Origin: Anthoceros angustus
Taxonomy: Eukaryota; Plantae; Anthocerotophyta
Direction of reading: 5' to 3'
DNA length: 64,000 nt
Assembly: GCA_010909165.1 (NCBI GenBank)
Contig: VJWM01000106.1
Coordinates: 620,001-684,000, forward strand
Below the pieces are notes generated by a model. It was given only the letters and a program-made list of their open reading frames with translations. It was not told where the DNA came from and ran no database searches. How positions within the stretch are numbered: position 1 is the first letter of the stretch; the number at the start of each line of letters is the position of its first letter. A program made the position numbers and the translations under genes. Below are positions 12,028 through 22,909 of this stretch, one piece after another.

Positions 12028-15000
12028 CCTGCATACATGTCCTTACTCCACGATAGGCACATCCTTCCCTCCTTGGTCTTGGGATCCCATTCCAGCGGTT
12101 TAAAACCGACTTCCTTCGCCCCACTTGGCGTGCATTGCGATCGTACATCCATGTTCGGCCAATTAGGACGCCGTGCGATTTTTGGTCGGATGACTACATA
12201 ATCCATCAAGTAGGGGATGGTTCCAATGGTCGTTAGCACCCTGTCGGTTCCCCACCGGCACCATTACGGACATGTCGGCCGCAAAACCTTGGTAGTATGT
12301 TCAATATCCAAGCCCAATTTCCTAGCCGTGTCTTGTCATAATATTTACACACCCCGTGTCGAGAGGCACTCCTTTAATGACACATCCGAAATTTCCACAG
12401 GTTGGTGGGCCTTGATCCACCATGGATACCAAGTTCACCTGCTTTGGGGCTGTATAGGGACATTGCGCCTCTTTTGGGTTGCGCCTCTTTTAACGCCCTC
12501 GATCATTGCCTATACCATGGATTGTCTCGAAGGAGTTGTCCGAATGTGATCATGAAATGTTGGTCCATGATGGCCTCCGCTAGATTGAAAGCGGTGGCGC
12601 CCTCCGCCATCCGAGATTTGGTTGGCTGTGGGTTCCCGGTTCGTCATGACTTGGGGTACGGTGGCCTTTTCAGGTGGGGTGGTGGACTCCCCTGGGGTGG
12701 TGGAAATCGACACCCCCGCCTTTTCCCCCGTAGCCTCCCTTCCCAGTTCTTCTTGTATCATATCCATGACTTCTCCCCGTACGTCCGGTGGAAACCCTAA
12801 CTCTGGTTCGGTAACTTTCTCTGAAATCGGTAGGGTTCCACCCCCCTCGACGGCTTTCGTCAGCAGCCCTTCATTCGCCTTTCCGCCCGCTGGAACACTC
12901 AATGTCTCAGCTGCATCACCCTTTTGCACATATGGTCCATCCAAGTCACTGCAGGACTTGTTTTTCGCCCTTGGCCAACGCTCACTTGGTGTTGGTATTT
13001 CGCCCAGTGGTGGCGACACTCTCTCCTCATCCGATCCCGTGGTCGTATCCGCCTCCTTTCTTCTTTTCTTCCCCACGCCGCCTCTCTTTTGCTTTTGTGC
13101 TCCTTGTTCTAACGACCATGGCGGAGGCTTCCCCATAATAATCGCTTCCTCTGTCTAATCCCTCAAGCTCCTCGGGGTTCCAATCTCGGCATCCTCCCAT
13201 ACCGCCATAAGTGCATCCTCAACATGCATGGCGGACAATTTTGGTTTGGTGCTGAACTCACGGTGGTCGCGATCCTCACCGTCTTTACGGGGCTTTGGCG
13301 AGCACACTTCACCAAATGCCCTGCTGCATCTACGTTTATCAAAATCTCCATTTCCTGCCGAGTCGGCCAGGGCATTGTGAGCATAGTGCCCAAGATTGCG
13401 GCCAGCACAAGGCGGTGCCAGACTATTGCCCGTGCTACGACACTGACGCCTACCCGTGGAGTTACGTAGGCCGGGTACATGGTTTTGGGTACACTTGGGT
13501 TGGTGAACCTCCACGGATCGATATGTATCTTCCAGGACCCTCTTCCTCCTCTTCCTCATATCCCGGTGTACCCTTGTCGTCGGACAATTAGCTTTGGAGT
13601 GTCCTGCTGCCCACACGTTGAGCAGAGATTGGCTCGTGGATTCGTGACAGCTCTCCGCCTCTCATGTTCCTTGACCGCATTAAGATGGAATTTCTCGAAT
13701 TTTGCCATCATCTCCTCCATCTTGTTCCCTGTTGTTCTACTTTCTTGGCTGCCGCCTCAGCTTCCCTTCTCGCCTGTTCCGCATCTTTTTTTGCATACAA
13801 CGCCTCTTGTTTCGCTCTTGCCAGTTCTTTTCCCCGTATGCGTCCCTTTCTGTCATCCACGTCGCCTCTTGTTTTCTTCCTTTTCCTTTTGACCCGTTCC
13901 TCGTCCGTCGATTCCTCCTCCGAGCTGTCACTCGTTTCTTCCTCCGTGGAATCCTCCGTAGATTCTTCTGAAGAACTCCCCTCACTTGAAGAACTTCCTT
14001 CCGCGGAGGACGAAGAATCCCTTTTCTTTTTTCCCGGTCGGACCTTCTTCTTGTCCTTCCTAGGCTTCTTCTCCTCCTTCTCAACCTCCTCATCCCCTGT
14101 GGGTTAGATTCTTCATAGTTCAATGCTGCCTTGATAGCCCTGCCCAAACTCTTTTCCGCTTGCAACCTCACATGCCTTCCCATCTTAGAACCCAGGCCCT
14201 TGGCAAACCATCGTATTGCCTGTAGCTCCGAATGCGGACCACTGCGATCGCGCAAGCTGTGGAACCTCTCCACATAGGCTTGCAAGGTTTCCTTCCTCTC
14301 CCTTTGTAACCTCTCAAGTTTGGACAATACGTATCCTTCCACGTCAATTCCTCTAAACCTCTCACAGAAGGCGTTCTTCAGTTCTTCAAAGGTGGCTGGG
14401 GGTGTGGCTAACAAGGTACGGCTGCATACTCTGCTGGCCCCGGGCACTCCATAGAACATTGAATCGTTGGCGTCACCTACTTCACGATTTGCAAGGTTAA
14501 GCTCAAAAGCGCTCAACAAATTCATCGGGGATCCTCATACCCCTTTCCTTCCCCATACAACGGGTAAGGCTGCTTGGTGGTGACCACCCACGCCAGTGGA
14601 CATGACGGCTATGTTGGTAGCGATGGTGACTCATGACGTGTTCCACGGAAGTTGTTGGGGCTGCGGTTATGCACACACACCTAGGAGGAAGGTCGATTGA
14701 CAAGGTTGGATCAAGGTCTCTTGGCGTGGTACCCCTCCGAGGCCGAGGATCTTGCTCCAACAGATCGGACCCCAAATCCCAGTGAATCTCTTGCCCCCTT
14801 CTTTTCCCCACAAGTCGTCCTCCAATTGGGTCCTCCTCAGCTCCCGGTTTGCAACCCTCCTCAATCTTTCCAAAGCCTGGTGTTGCCGCTTGGCTTGAGG
14901 CTTTCCCTCCCGACTAGACTCTGGACCCTCCGGCTCAACCCGTGGCATCCATCTACCAAACTAGCTTCACTCAAAAGAACCAAGGCCTAAACTATGGTTA

Positions 15001-15031
15001 GTCCTTCCTAGAATCCTGACAGCAGTTTCAT

Positions 15032-15049
15032 TCCCCGGCAACGGCGCCA
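15032..15049 (-). promoter_or_regulatory. Primer-binding site complementary to tRNA-Asp(GUC) 3' end
   Basis: Minus strand reads TGGCGCCGTTGCCGGGGA, 3 nt after the LTR-terminal CA. It matches the plant tRNA-Asp 3' end, the primer typical of Athila-lineage elements. Confidence 0.9.
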
Positions 15050-15052
15050 AAA

Positions 15053-18000
15053 TGTGGAATGGGTTTTTTGCATCCAAAGACGCAAGGAGGCCACATTTAC
15101 CCTCTATGTCGTTATAGTCCTAGGATTCGATCCCAAGGGAATGGTTTTGTGTCAAGATGAGCTAATCTACGGTGTCTAACCTACCACAACTGACGTTTAC
15201 CCTACCTGAACCACCCACTCTACCGGAACCGACCACTGTGGAGGACTCAGCCACCGTCGCGGGGTTCATCGTAGTGGCGCGTTCGCCACCGCTGGTTGAC
15301 TCAACCATCGGGCCCCAGCCACGCGGCCGCCGGTCACCCACTCCCGCCCTTGGACGGGTCTCAGGGTCGGTCTTCCCACACACACACACATAGACTCACA
15401 TCTACTCTAATTCACTCCTAGGGGGTCCGTGCTCGAACTTCCCGGAATTAGGCACTGATGTGAATACATGACGACTCGCCCGGTGTCGACCCTCACCGAT
15501 CTCACCTCTTTCTATTACTCCGCGTTTCCTCAAAGCGCAACCACAATTTCCTTACTACAAGATACTCACCCTCTTCTTGAGAACCTCTCACCGCACATGT
15601 ATACCCTGCCTCTCCCTTTTCCCGGGCCACAGACCTCACCACGGGCCACAGACCCCTCCTCATAGAATTAAACACGTTCTGATGGGCAGCTTGTTGGAAG
15701 GAGGGACAGGGGAACGCACGGTCAGCTTGGGCGATTCACTCGTTGCCGATCTCACCCCGACTTTCCGCAGCAACCCTTGCCCCTTCTCAGCGCATGTTGG
15801 GCGCCCCTCACCATTCACTGTCCCAGACGTGGAGCTTGGCCACTCCGCTCTCGACTATCCAGGGATCTTCCCGGTCTTCTTGTGACGAGAAGACGGTGCG
15901 CCGAACCCGTTTGATGCTGACCAGACGTCTCCAATCAACCCCACACGAGGATTCGATACACGGAAGTTCACACCTGAAATCGTCTGTCTTTGAGAGACAC
16001 CCAAAGGGTCTCTTATACATCCGTGGTCCAACACACCTCACTTCTCTTTAGGGTCTAAAATTGTAGCTCCTACCACGGCGCCTTACCAATCTAAGCAACT
16101 CCACGGCCGATGGAACTCCCTATCCCTCGCAGAAAAACCCGGTCCTAGGCTATCGCGACTCCCCTAAAATCAGCCGCCCACATTGCGCCGCCCCCACGGC
16201 CCATGGGGACCCCTCTCGCCCCCGCCTCGATCCGAGCGATTTTCCCCACAACCTCCACCTCACTCTCCTGAGTTTCCCTCGCGCCTTCCCGCGGATGCGC
16301 CTGTGACCTCTATGTCCATTGTCCGCTCCTCCTCATTTGGACAACCATACTGTGCTCCTCCCTCCATGCTCGGCCTCCTCGCCTCGCCGCTCATCTCCTC
16401 CAAAGACCACTTGCGGAGGATAGGCGCCCGCTCCTATTCGAAGGAACCAGCAGTAGCGCTGTGGCGGTCAAGATGTACAGCCAAGCCGCCCTCTCCCAAC
16501 AACCACATACACGTTTAGAGTGAGCACCGCTCACCATGCGCGGGGACATGAGCATCCTCATCCGACGCCGTAGCACTCGCCTCCGATGAGGTCCTTACCC
16601 TCTCCTCCGTGGACAATCGGGCCGTTGATTCTCCGGAGATGTCCCTCCATCTGCGACACTCGCTGGTGACTTCCCCACCTCGCCCACGTTCCACGGCGGT
16701 GGCTGGTTTAGCCACCGTGGTGGTTACTTCCCCACGGTGGTTGCTTGGCTCTGCGGTGGTCGCTGCCGGCCTTTCTTGGTTTGGCCACCTCTCTCTTGAC
16801 TCGGCCCTAGCCGTCTCTTTCCGCTTGTATCTCTCCGACTTCTTGAATTTCTCCAAGGCGCCATCGCTTCCACTGCTCCGGACTCGCGAGACCTCATCTT
16901 GAAGCTCTTCAATTGTAGCATGCGCCCCTTGACTGATTTACTAAGGCCTCCTGTTGAGTGGACATGGCCCTTAACTGCCTCCTGCCTTGCATAAGGCCGC
17001 TTCGCACTCCCGTCTGCGCTCCTCGGCCGCCTTGCTCTCGCCTTCGGGCTTCCAACTTCTCCTTGAGCAACTTCTCTGGCCTTGCACACTCGGCCGGTGA
17101 GAGCCATGGCGCTTGATCGAGGAGATCCGCCTGCGTCTGAGCCATGGCCGAAGTCAAACCCTGCAAATCCCCAAATTGGGCTGTCCCTTTGCCCATCCGC
17201 CTCCACAACAATTCTCGCACGCGGGCGGTGTCACCTATCCCCACCTCAGCCAGACGGTTCAGTGAAATGTCGCCAAAAATATCCCGGAGCTCCGTCGCGG
17301 TCTTGGCTGCTGAAGTTAACCCCTCCTCTCCTAGGGGTTGGTCTGCCACTGCCTCTTCCCCCGCTCCATTCTCCCCTAGCGGCAGCGATTCATCCCCTGC
17401 ACCTGGGAGGGGAGCAACTTGCCATTTCCCCTTTATTTTCCCTCCTTTACCCGCGTTCCTGCTGCCGTCTTCGACCTGGTGACCCTGGGTGTAGCTGTGG
17501 GTTCCTCCTCTGCTGCGGCTGTCCTCCCCTTTTTCGCCGACCCCCGTTCGACCGTCGCCGCCCTTCGCTTCTTACCCTTGGAAACTTCCCCACCCTCTTC
17601 CGAATCTTCCAGGGAGGCGCATTCCCAACTGCTGGAATCCTTGCCCGAATCCTCCTTAAATTCCTCCTCTTCTACCTTGAGTTCCCGACGGCCAACCATG
17701 CGGGCGGACCGACTTCAACTCCGTTAAACACCCGGAATGCGCAAATACATGAATCAGAAAAGGTGAAATCAAGGAGGGCCGAGGGGAAGGAGAGAGTAAA
17801 TTCGCCTTCTCCTCACAGGCTCTTTCGAAGATCATCCTTCCCCAATCAATTTGTGTACCCTTAACCACCTCGTGAAGAAAAACCAAGAAGTGATCCGCCA
17901 TATGATCCGCCCGGTTCTGTAGGAAACACAAAATCCATTTGGCCAATCCCACCTACAGAACACGAGTTGGCGAGTCACCCATTGTTCACTCTCACTTCCC

Positions 18001-19022
18001 AGGCTTCATGAGCGGCCGCAGCTCTCAAGGTCTTCTTCACGGGGTCAATCACCAAGCTCCCATCTTGATGCTTCTCGCCCATACCTGCTCGAAGAGGCCA
18101 AATCCCAGTTCTGCGGCCTTTTCCTCGCGTCACCCTCTTGCGACTTGGTCCTTAATTGCCGGGCGCACTCTTGCACCAATGCAGGGCTGTCGTAACACCA
18201 TTTCTTCTCCATGAACTTCAGGCCCAGCTCCTGCACCAGGCTGCCAGCTCTCACTTTCCAGTGGTCCATGTTGGGCCACTGCGTGGTGGGGATTTCGGCC
18301 GCAGCTCGGGGCGCCATCTCCTTCTCTCGTTGTTTCCCAAAAACAAAACCTCGACCACCCTGCAGATTCTGGTCAGAAGAGAAAAAAAATCAGAACGCCG
18401 CCCTCGCGCGCTCCTTCCACGCCTCCTCGCGAACTTGCCGGCGCCCGATTTCTCTCCTCCGCCGCCGCCGCTCTGTCCTGATCGTCGCGCGCCCTTCCTC
18501 CTGCACAGCGAGACAGAGATTTGGCCTGGCGTCGTTGTACGCGCGCGCCCCTCTTGCTGCAGCTCCGCTCCGACGGCCCCTCCTGGAAAGTCGCGACCTC
18601 GCGGTGCTGGGTGTGCCCTTCTCTCAGTTGCGCTCCGACTGACTGGTAGCCCCGCTCCGCCACTAGGGTTGTAAACTCCCCCTGGTCTGTACGTCCCGTT
18701 TCTCGGCCACCGTGGTGGAACTAGCCACCTCCCCACTTGACTACTCAACTGTGGCATATTGTGAGCATCCCTAGCATATATAGACACCTTTTATTCTAAA
18801 AATTCCCAATACCCAAGGACTCTATTTCTGTCCCACCCCTCTGGGGTCAAACCTAAGGATCAAAAAATTATTATTATCTTCAAGGGCCAAGGACCATTCC
18901 CGTATAAAAGACCTGACTCAGACGATTCTCAAAGCACTTTGCTATTCTAACACATCCAAAACAAAAAAAATCGTTCATCCTGACACTTGGGAGCGGGGTT
19001 AGTGCACATGTGGTCTTCCACA
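15053..19022 (-). repeat. 5' LTR of element A, 3970 bp, containing a long frameshifted ORF
   Basis: TGTGGAA...TTCCACA termini. TATA-like motif at 18775-18783. Differs from LTR 8485-12027 by a non-homologous segment (15170-15640 vs 8605-8905). Confidence 0.92.
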
Positions 19023-20060
19023 CCTGGGCCCTTCCTCATCCACTGAATTCGGCTTGAGGAGTTTCTCCCGATGGTGGATGTACGCTTTATACATAATGGT
19101 TCCCCAATCCGGCTTGGCTCCCACGGAAATCTTCCACAAAAATTGGAGGAAGTTGGTGCTGAAATAAGAAGTTCGTTGGTAATTCACCAACCCCAGCACA
19201 ATCTTTGCGAAGAGCCTCCACTTCAGCTCCTTGATGCTCTCGGTTTTCCAGCCATTTTTGGCGAGGGCCTTCACCCCTCCGTCCATCATGTCAAGGAACT
19301 CTTGTGGGATTTCGGAGAGGGCCGTCCTCTTCCCTCCATTCGACCTTTCGAGGAGAGCAATTCCGGAGCTCTCCTCCTCGGCCTCCATACACAGCCGAAT
19401 GCTTTTACGGTCCGGCGGGGATCCGTTGAGCATTCCTTTCCGTGTGCGGGCTGCCTCAGATTGATGGAGATTGATGAAGCACTCCTCAATCAACTCCAAA
19501 TTAGTATAGGCCCATTGGCGGCCATACACCCATCCCAATTGGATGTTCTCCTCTTCCGCCCACAGCCGAAAATCGACCAAGTCTCTGGGGTTCAGCTGCC
19601 CTGCAAAGCACGTAAATTGAGGCATCAAAAGCTCGCCCCCTCACAGCGGCGCGATCGCCGGGAGAGGCTCTTCAATCGCTGGAGCTAGGGTTTCCTTCTA
19701 GCCTTCAACGCACAAACAGCCTGTCTTCTTCTTGCGCACCACCTTCCTTCCTCTGGCGACGATGGCGATGGCAGACTTCCTTCTCCCCTCTTGTGTTTAC
19801 GCTCCAGCTCCAGTCTCGCGAAGTGAAGTTGTCTCGATTCGAAGGAAGTTGGTTGCATTACGCCCGCCTCCCTAGATGTCTGCCACCTGGAGGCTTCTCA
19901 ACCCTAGATTTGATTCATCATTCCAAAATCCCAATCCTATCTAAACCGTCTATTTTCGTATTCTGCCCGCTATTCCTAATTAATCGCTTACTAATCACCC
20001 TATATGTTTATTCCCCTATTGGTGAGCATATATAGTGGATATCCCCTATATTCATTGCTT
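19023..20060 (-). mobile_element. Fragment of a diverged related element (C): TATA motif plus intact-frame ORF 19023-19628, interrupted by element A
   Basis: ORF motifs WAYTNLELIEECFINL and TNFLQFLWKISVGAKPDWGTIMYKA align with the LTR-ORF motifs. GAGCATATATAG at 20024-20035 sits at similar spacing. Confidence 0.6.
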
Positions 20061-20371
20061 TTCCCTGGCCGAGATCCCGTCACGCGGTAGTCGCGGCTTG
20101 ATGTGCTCCTTTTCTCAGCCTACGGCGTGAGGGTGGCAGCTCGATGTCTGCCACCTACCAATCTTCGGTGCTCTCCGCCCGTCAGTCGTTTCGACCGTTT
20201 TCTTCTGGGATATCCTCTTCACATTCCTAACAATATTTTACGACTCCAGCTTCAAGATTCTCAGAAGTTTTCCTGGCATGCTCCTCTTCAATCGTTCCTA
20301 GCCAAAAAAAAAACAAAATTGTTCGTCTTTTGGCTAGTTTGGACTGGTTGCCCAAACTTTTACGTTCCACA

Positions 20372-20644
20372 AGGAGAGATTGGAGCGGGTGAGGAAGTAG
20401 TGGCAAACCAACCCCTAGAAGAAGAGGGGTTAGTTTCGATAGCCAAGTCCATGACGGGCGAACATTTTGGCGACATTTCACCGACCCGACCGTGGAGGTG
20501 GTGACACCGTCATGGTATTGTTGTGGAGGGGAATGGGCATGGGGGCAGCCCAATTCGGGAATCTGCAGGCCCTGACTTCGGCCATGGCTCAGACGCAGGC
20601 GGATCTCCTCGACCAGGTAGCCATGGCTCTCACCTGGCTGAGTG
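20372..20644 (+). repeat. Inverted fragment of the LTR-internal ORF
   Basis: Reverse complement of ~17090-17370. Encodes LLWRGMGMGAAQFGNLQALTSAMAQTQADLLDQ. Confidence 0.85.
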
Positions 20645-20649
20645 ATACT

Positions 20650-21125
20650 CTAGTCTCACTGGGGGGTATCGGATGTTGTGGTCGTATTTCGGTAGTGGCC
20701 ATGGGAAGGGTGAGCATGACGGAGCAGGAGCTATTCTGAAAAGAGTGTTGCGGGCAGCAGAATCATCCCCATCGGCGCATAGGCTGCAATCAGCGACACA
20801 TGTCGTGGCCTACCTTACAAGTCATATTTCAAGGGGGGCCTCTTCTTCTTATACAAGTGGACAGCATGTTGTGCATCGGAGCTTCTGGCTCAGAGAGAAA
20901 ACTGAAGTAAATAGGAGGAACAAGTTTGGTTGCGACCCTATTCTTGGGTCAAAAAAAATGCACAACGTCTATGGGTTTAGCTTGACAGATCCGACTAAGC
21001 TGAAAATGCGTAGCCTAGCTTGTTTTTGTGTTGAGTGTTTGGGAAGTGAGCATTCTGAATGCGAAATTATCCCTGATGCAGGGTATAATGCACCTAACAA
21101 AGATTTGTCAGCTTCTTCTTCATAA
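20650..21125 (+). pseudogene. Fragment of a putative DNA-transposon transposase
   Basis: WSYFGSGHGKGEHDGAGAILKR motif and a C-terminal CFCVEC. The HGKGxxDG motif recurs in uncharacterised transposase-like proteins. Superfamily not assignable by eye. Confidence 0.5.
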
Positions 21126-22180
21126 CTTGGTGAAGGTGATGGAGATCTAGTGTTAGATCTCTCTTGGGCAATGATATCAGTTAAAATAGATAAATTTGAT
21201 TTAAAGTATAAAAGCTGGATTTTGAAATCATAGAGTTCAAATTTAAAGGCTGTTAACTGATTATCTATGGCTGAGAAAGCGATCCTACTTTAGTACCAGG
21301 TGGAAAAATGTTATAAGAAGATATCTTAGATACAGAAATGTTTAATTTATTAAATCTTCTACTAAGGTCACCAATTTTGTGCCTTAAAAGTCCTAGATAG
21401 TTATTAATAGAATTTTTGAAATGATTAATTTCTGATGTAATATTTGCAACTATTTCATTTGTGCTATCTATCTGCAAATTTGATGATGAAGAAGCAATGG
21501 GGCCAGCATGCGAATTAGGGAGATGTTGAAGTACTAATTGCAATGCTTTAACTTGAATTAGGCTTTAGACTTCTAGCAAATTTCATCTAGAAATTTTAAT
21601 TAGCTCTCCTTGGTTTGATTGTGAGATAAGGATGGAAGCAATAAGTTAGAAATATAATCAGAAGTTTGTTCATGGTACCAGAGTACACTTGCTCTCAAAT
21701 TGCTCATGCAACTTTAAGCATCTAAGCCGCTATAGTAGGAGACAACATCTTGTCTAGGATCTTCCTAGAATGGAGTGCGCCTGTGCTAGAAATGCTCCTT
21801 TTCAATGCATTTAATTTGTGTTAACATTCTTTTTCTAACAATGTAGCATTGTTGTAATAATCCTTTGTCTAATTCCCATGGATTTCTTCATCCTTAAAAT
21901 AAATAAGCATATGATTAAGAAAAGAGATAACTCTGCAAAACAAGAAGCGCACATTAGGAGCCTTGAAGTTTGATGCAATGAAAAATTTGATGTAATTGAT
22001 AGATTGTAACCAATTAACCATAAATCACTAATGAAACGACATCTAACCCTAAGAATCAATTGATTATTAATTCTAAGGATTTAATAGAGCCCTAATGAAT
22101 ATGACCATAATATTTAATGTATTTTATACGGTATAATCTCAGGTCCAATCCTGCTATTCCCAGCCTTGTTGGTTGGAACC

Positions 22181-22635
22181 AACCCTAAATCTTAAACCTT
22201 AAACCTTAAACCCTAAACCCTAAATCCTAACACTAAAACCCTAACCCCTAAACCCTAAACCTAAACCATAAACCCTAACCCTAAACCCTAAACCTAAACC
22301 CTAAACCCTAAACCCTAAACCCCTTCCTTAAGCCCACGATAAAATATGTAGAGCTTGTCCACCTGTTGCATGTTAGGGCAATAAACCATAAACCCTAAAC
22401 CCTAAACCCTAAACCCAAACCCCAAACCCTAAACCCTAAACATCAAATCCTAAACCCCAAACCCTAAATCCTAAACCCTAAACGCTAAACCATAGACCGT
22501 AAATTGTAAACTGTAAACCCTACGTCCTAAAACATGAACTCTAAACCCTAAACCCTAAACCCTAAACCCTAAACCCTAAACCCTAAACCCTAAACCCTAA
22601 ACCCTAAACCCTAAACCCTAAACCCTAAACCCTAA
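22181..22635 (+). repeat. Plant telomere-type (CCCTAAA)n array: degenerate 22181-22322, ~58-bp spacer, degenerate 22381-22545, ~13 perfect units 22546-22635
   Basis: 7-bp periodicity read directly. Confidence 0.97.
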
Positions 22636-22664
22636 GTCCTAATGCATAAAGCCTAAACCATAAT

Positions 22665-22902
22665 GCCTAAAGCCTAAAGCCTAAAGCCTAAAGCCTAAAG
22701 CCGAAAGCCGAAAGCCTAAAGCCTAAAGCCTAAAGCCTAAAGCCTAAAGCCTAAAGCCTAAAGCCTAAAGCCTAAAGCCTAAAGCCTAAAGCCTAAAGCC
22801 TAAAGCCTAAAGCCTAAAGCCTAAAGCCTAAAGCCTAAAGCCTAAAGCCTAAAGCCTAAAGCCTAAAGCCTAAAGCCTAAAGCCTAAAGCCTAAAGCCTA
22901 AA
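22665..22902 (+). repeat. Variant telomere-like array (GCCTAAA)x34 (TTTAGGC on the G strand); two units are GCCGAAA
   Basis: 238 bp = 34 x 7, read directly. Confidence 0.97.
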
Positions 22903-22909
22903 CGCCAAA

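Larger units (their letters stand above)
12028..19022 (-). mobile_element. Element A: second Athila/Tat-like copy (5' LTR, PBS, gag, PR), cut at the PR-RT linker by the LTR of element B
   Basis: 12028-15052 is homologous to 5558-8484. RT, RH, INT and PPT are absent between 12027 and 12028. Confidence 0.88.

Noticed and set aside
15032-15049. tRNA-Asp gene
   Set aside because: Only the 18-nt 3' end is present, next to an LTR. It is a PBS, not a tRNA gene.
21130-22170. Continuation of the broken gag left of the telomere array
   Set aside because: AT-rich, no open frame or gag-like peptide, and no similarity to the stub.
22181-22902. CRISPR-like or bacterial repeat array
   Set aside because: Simple 7-bp tandem repeats with no unique spacers, in a eukaryotic context.
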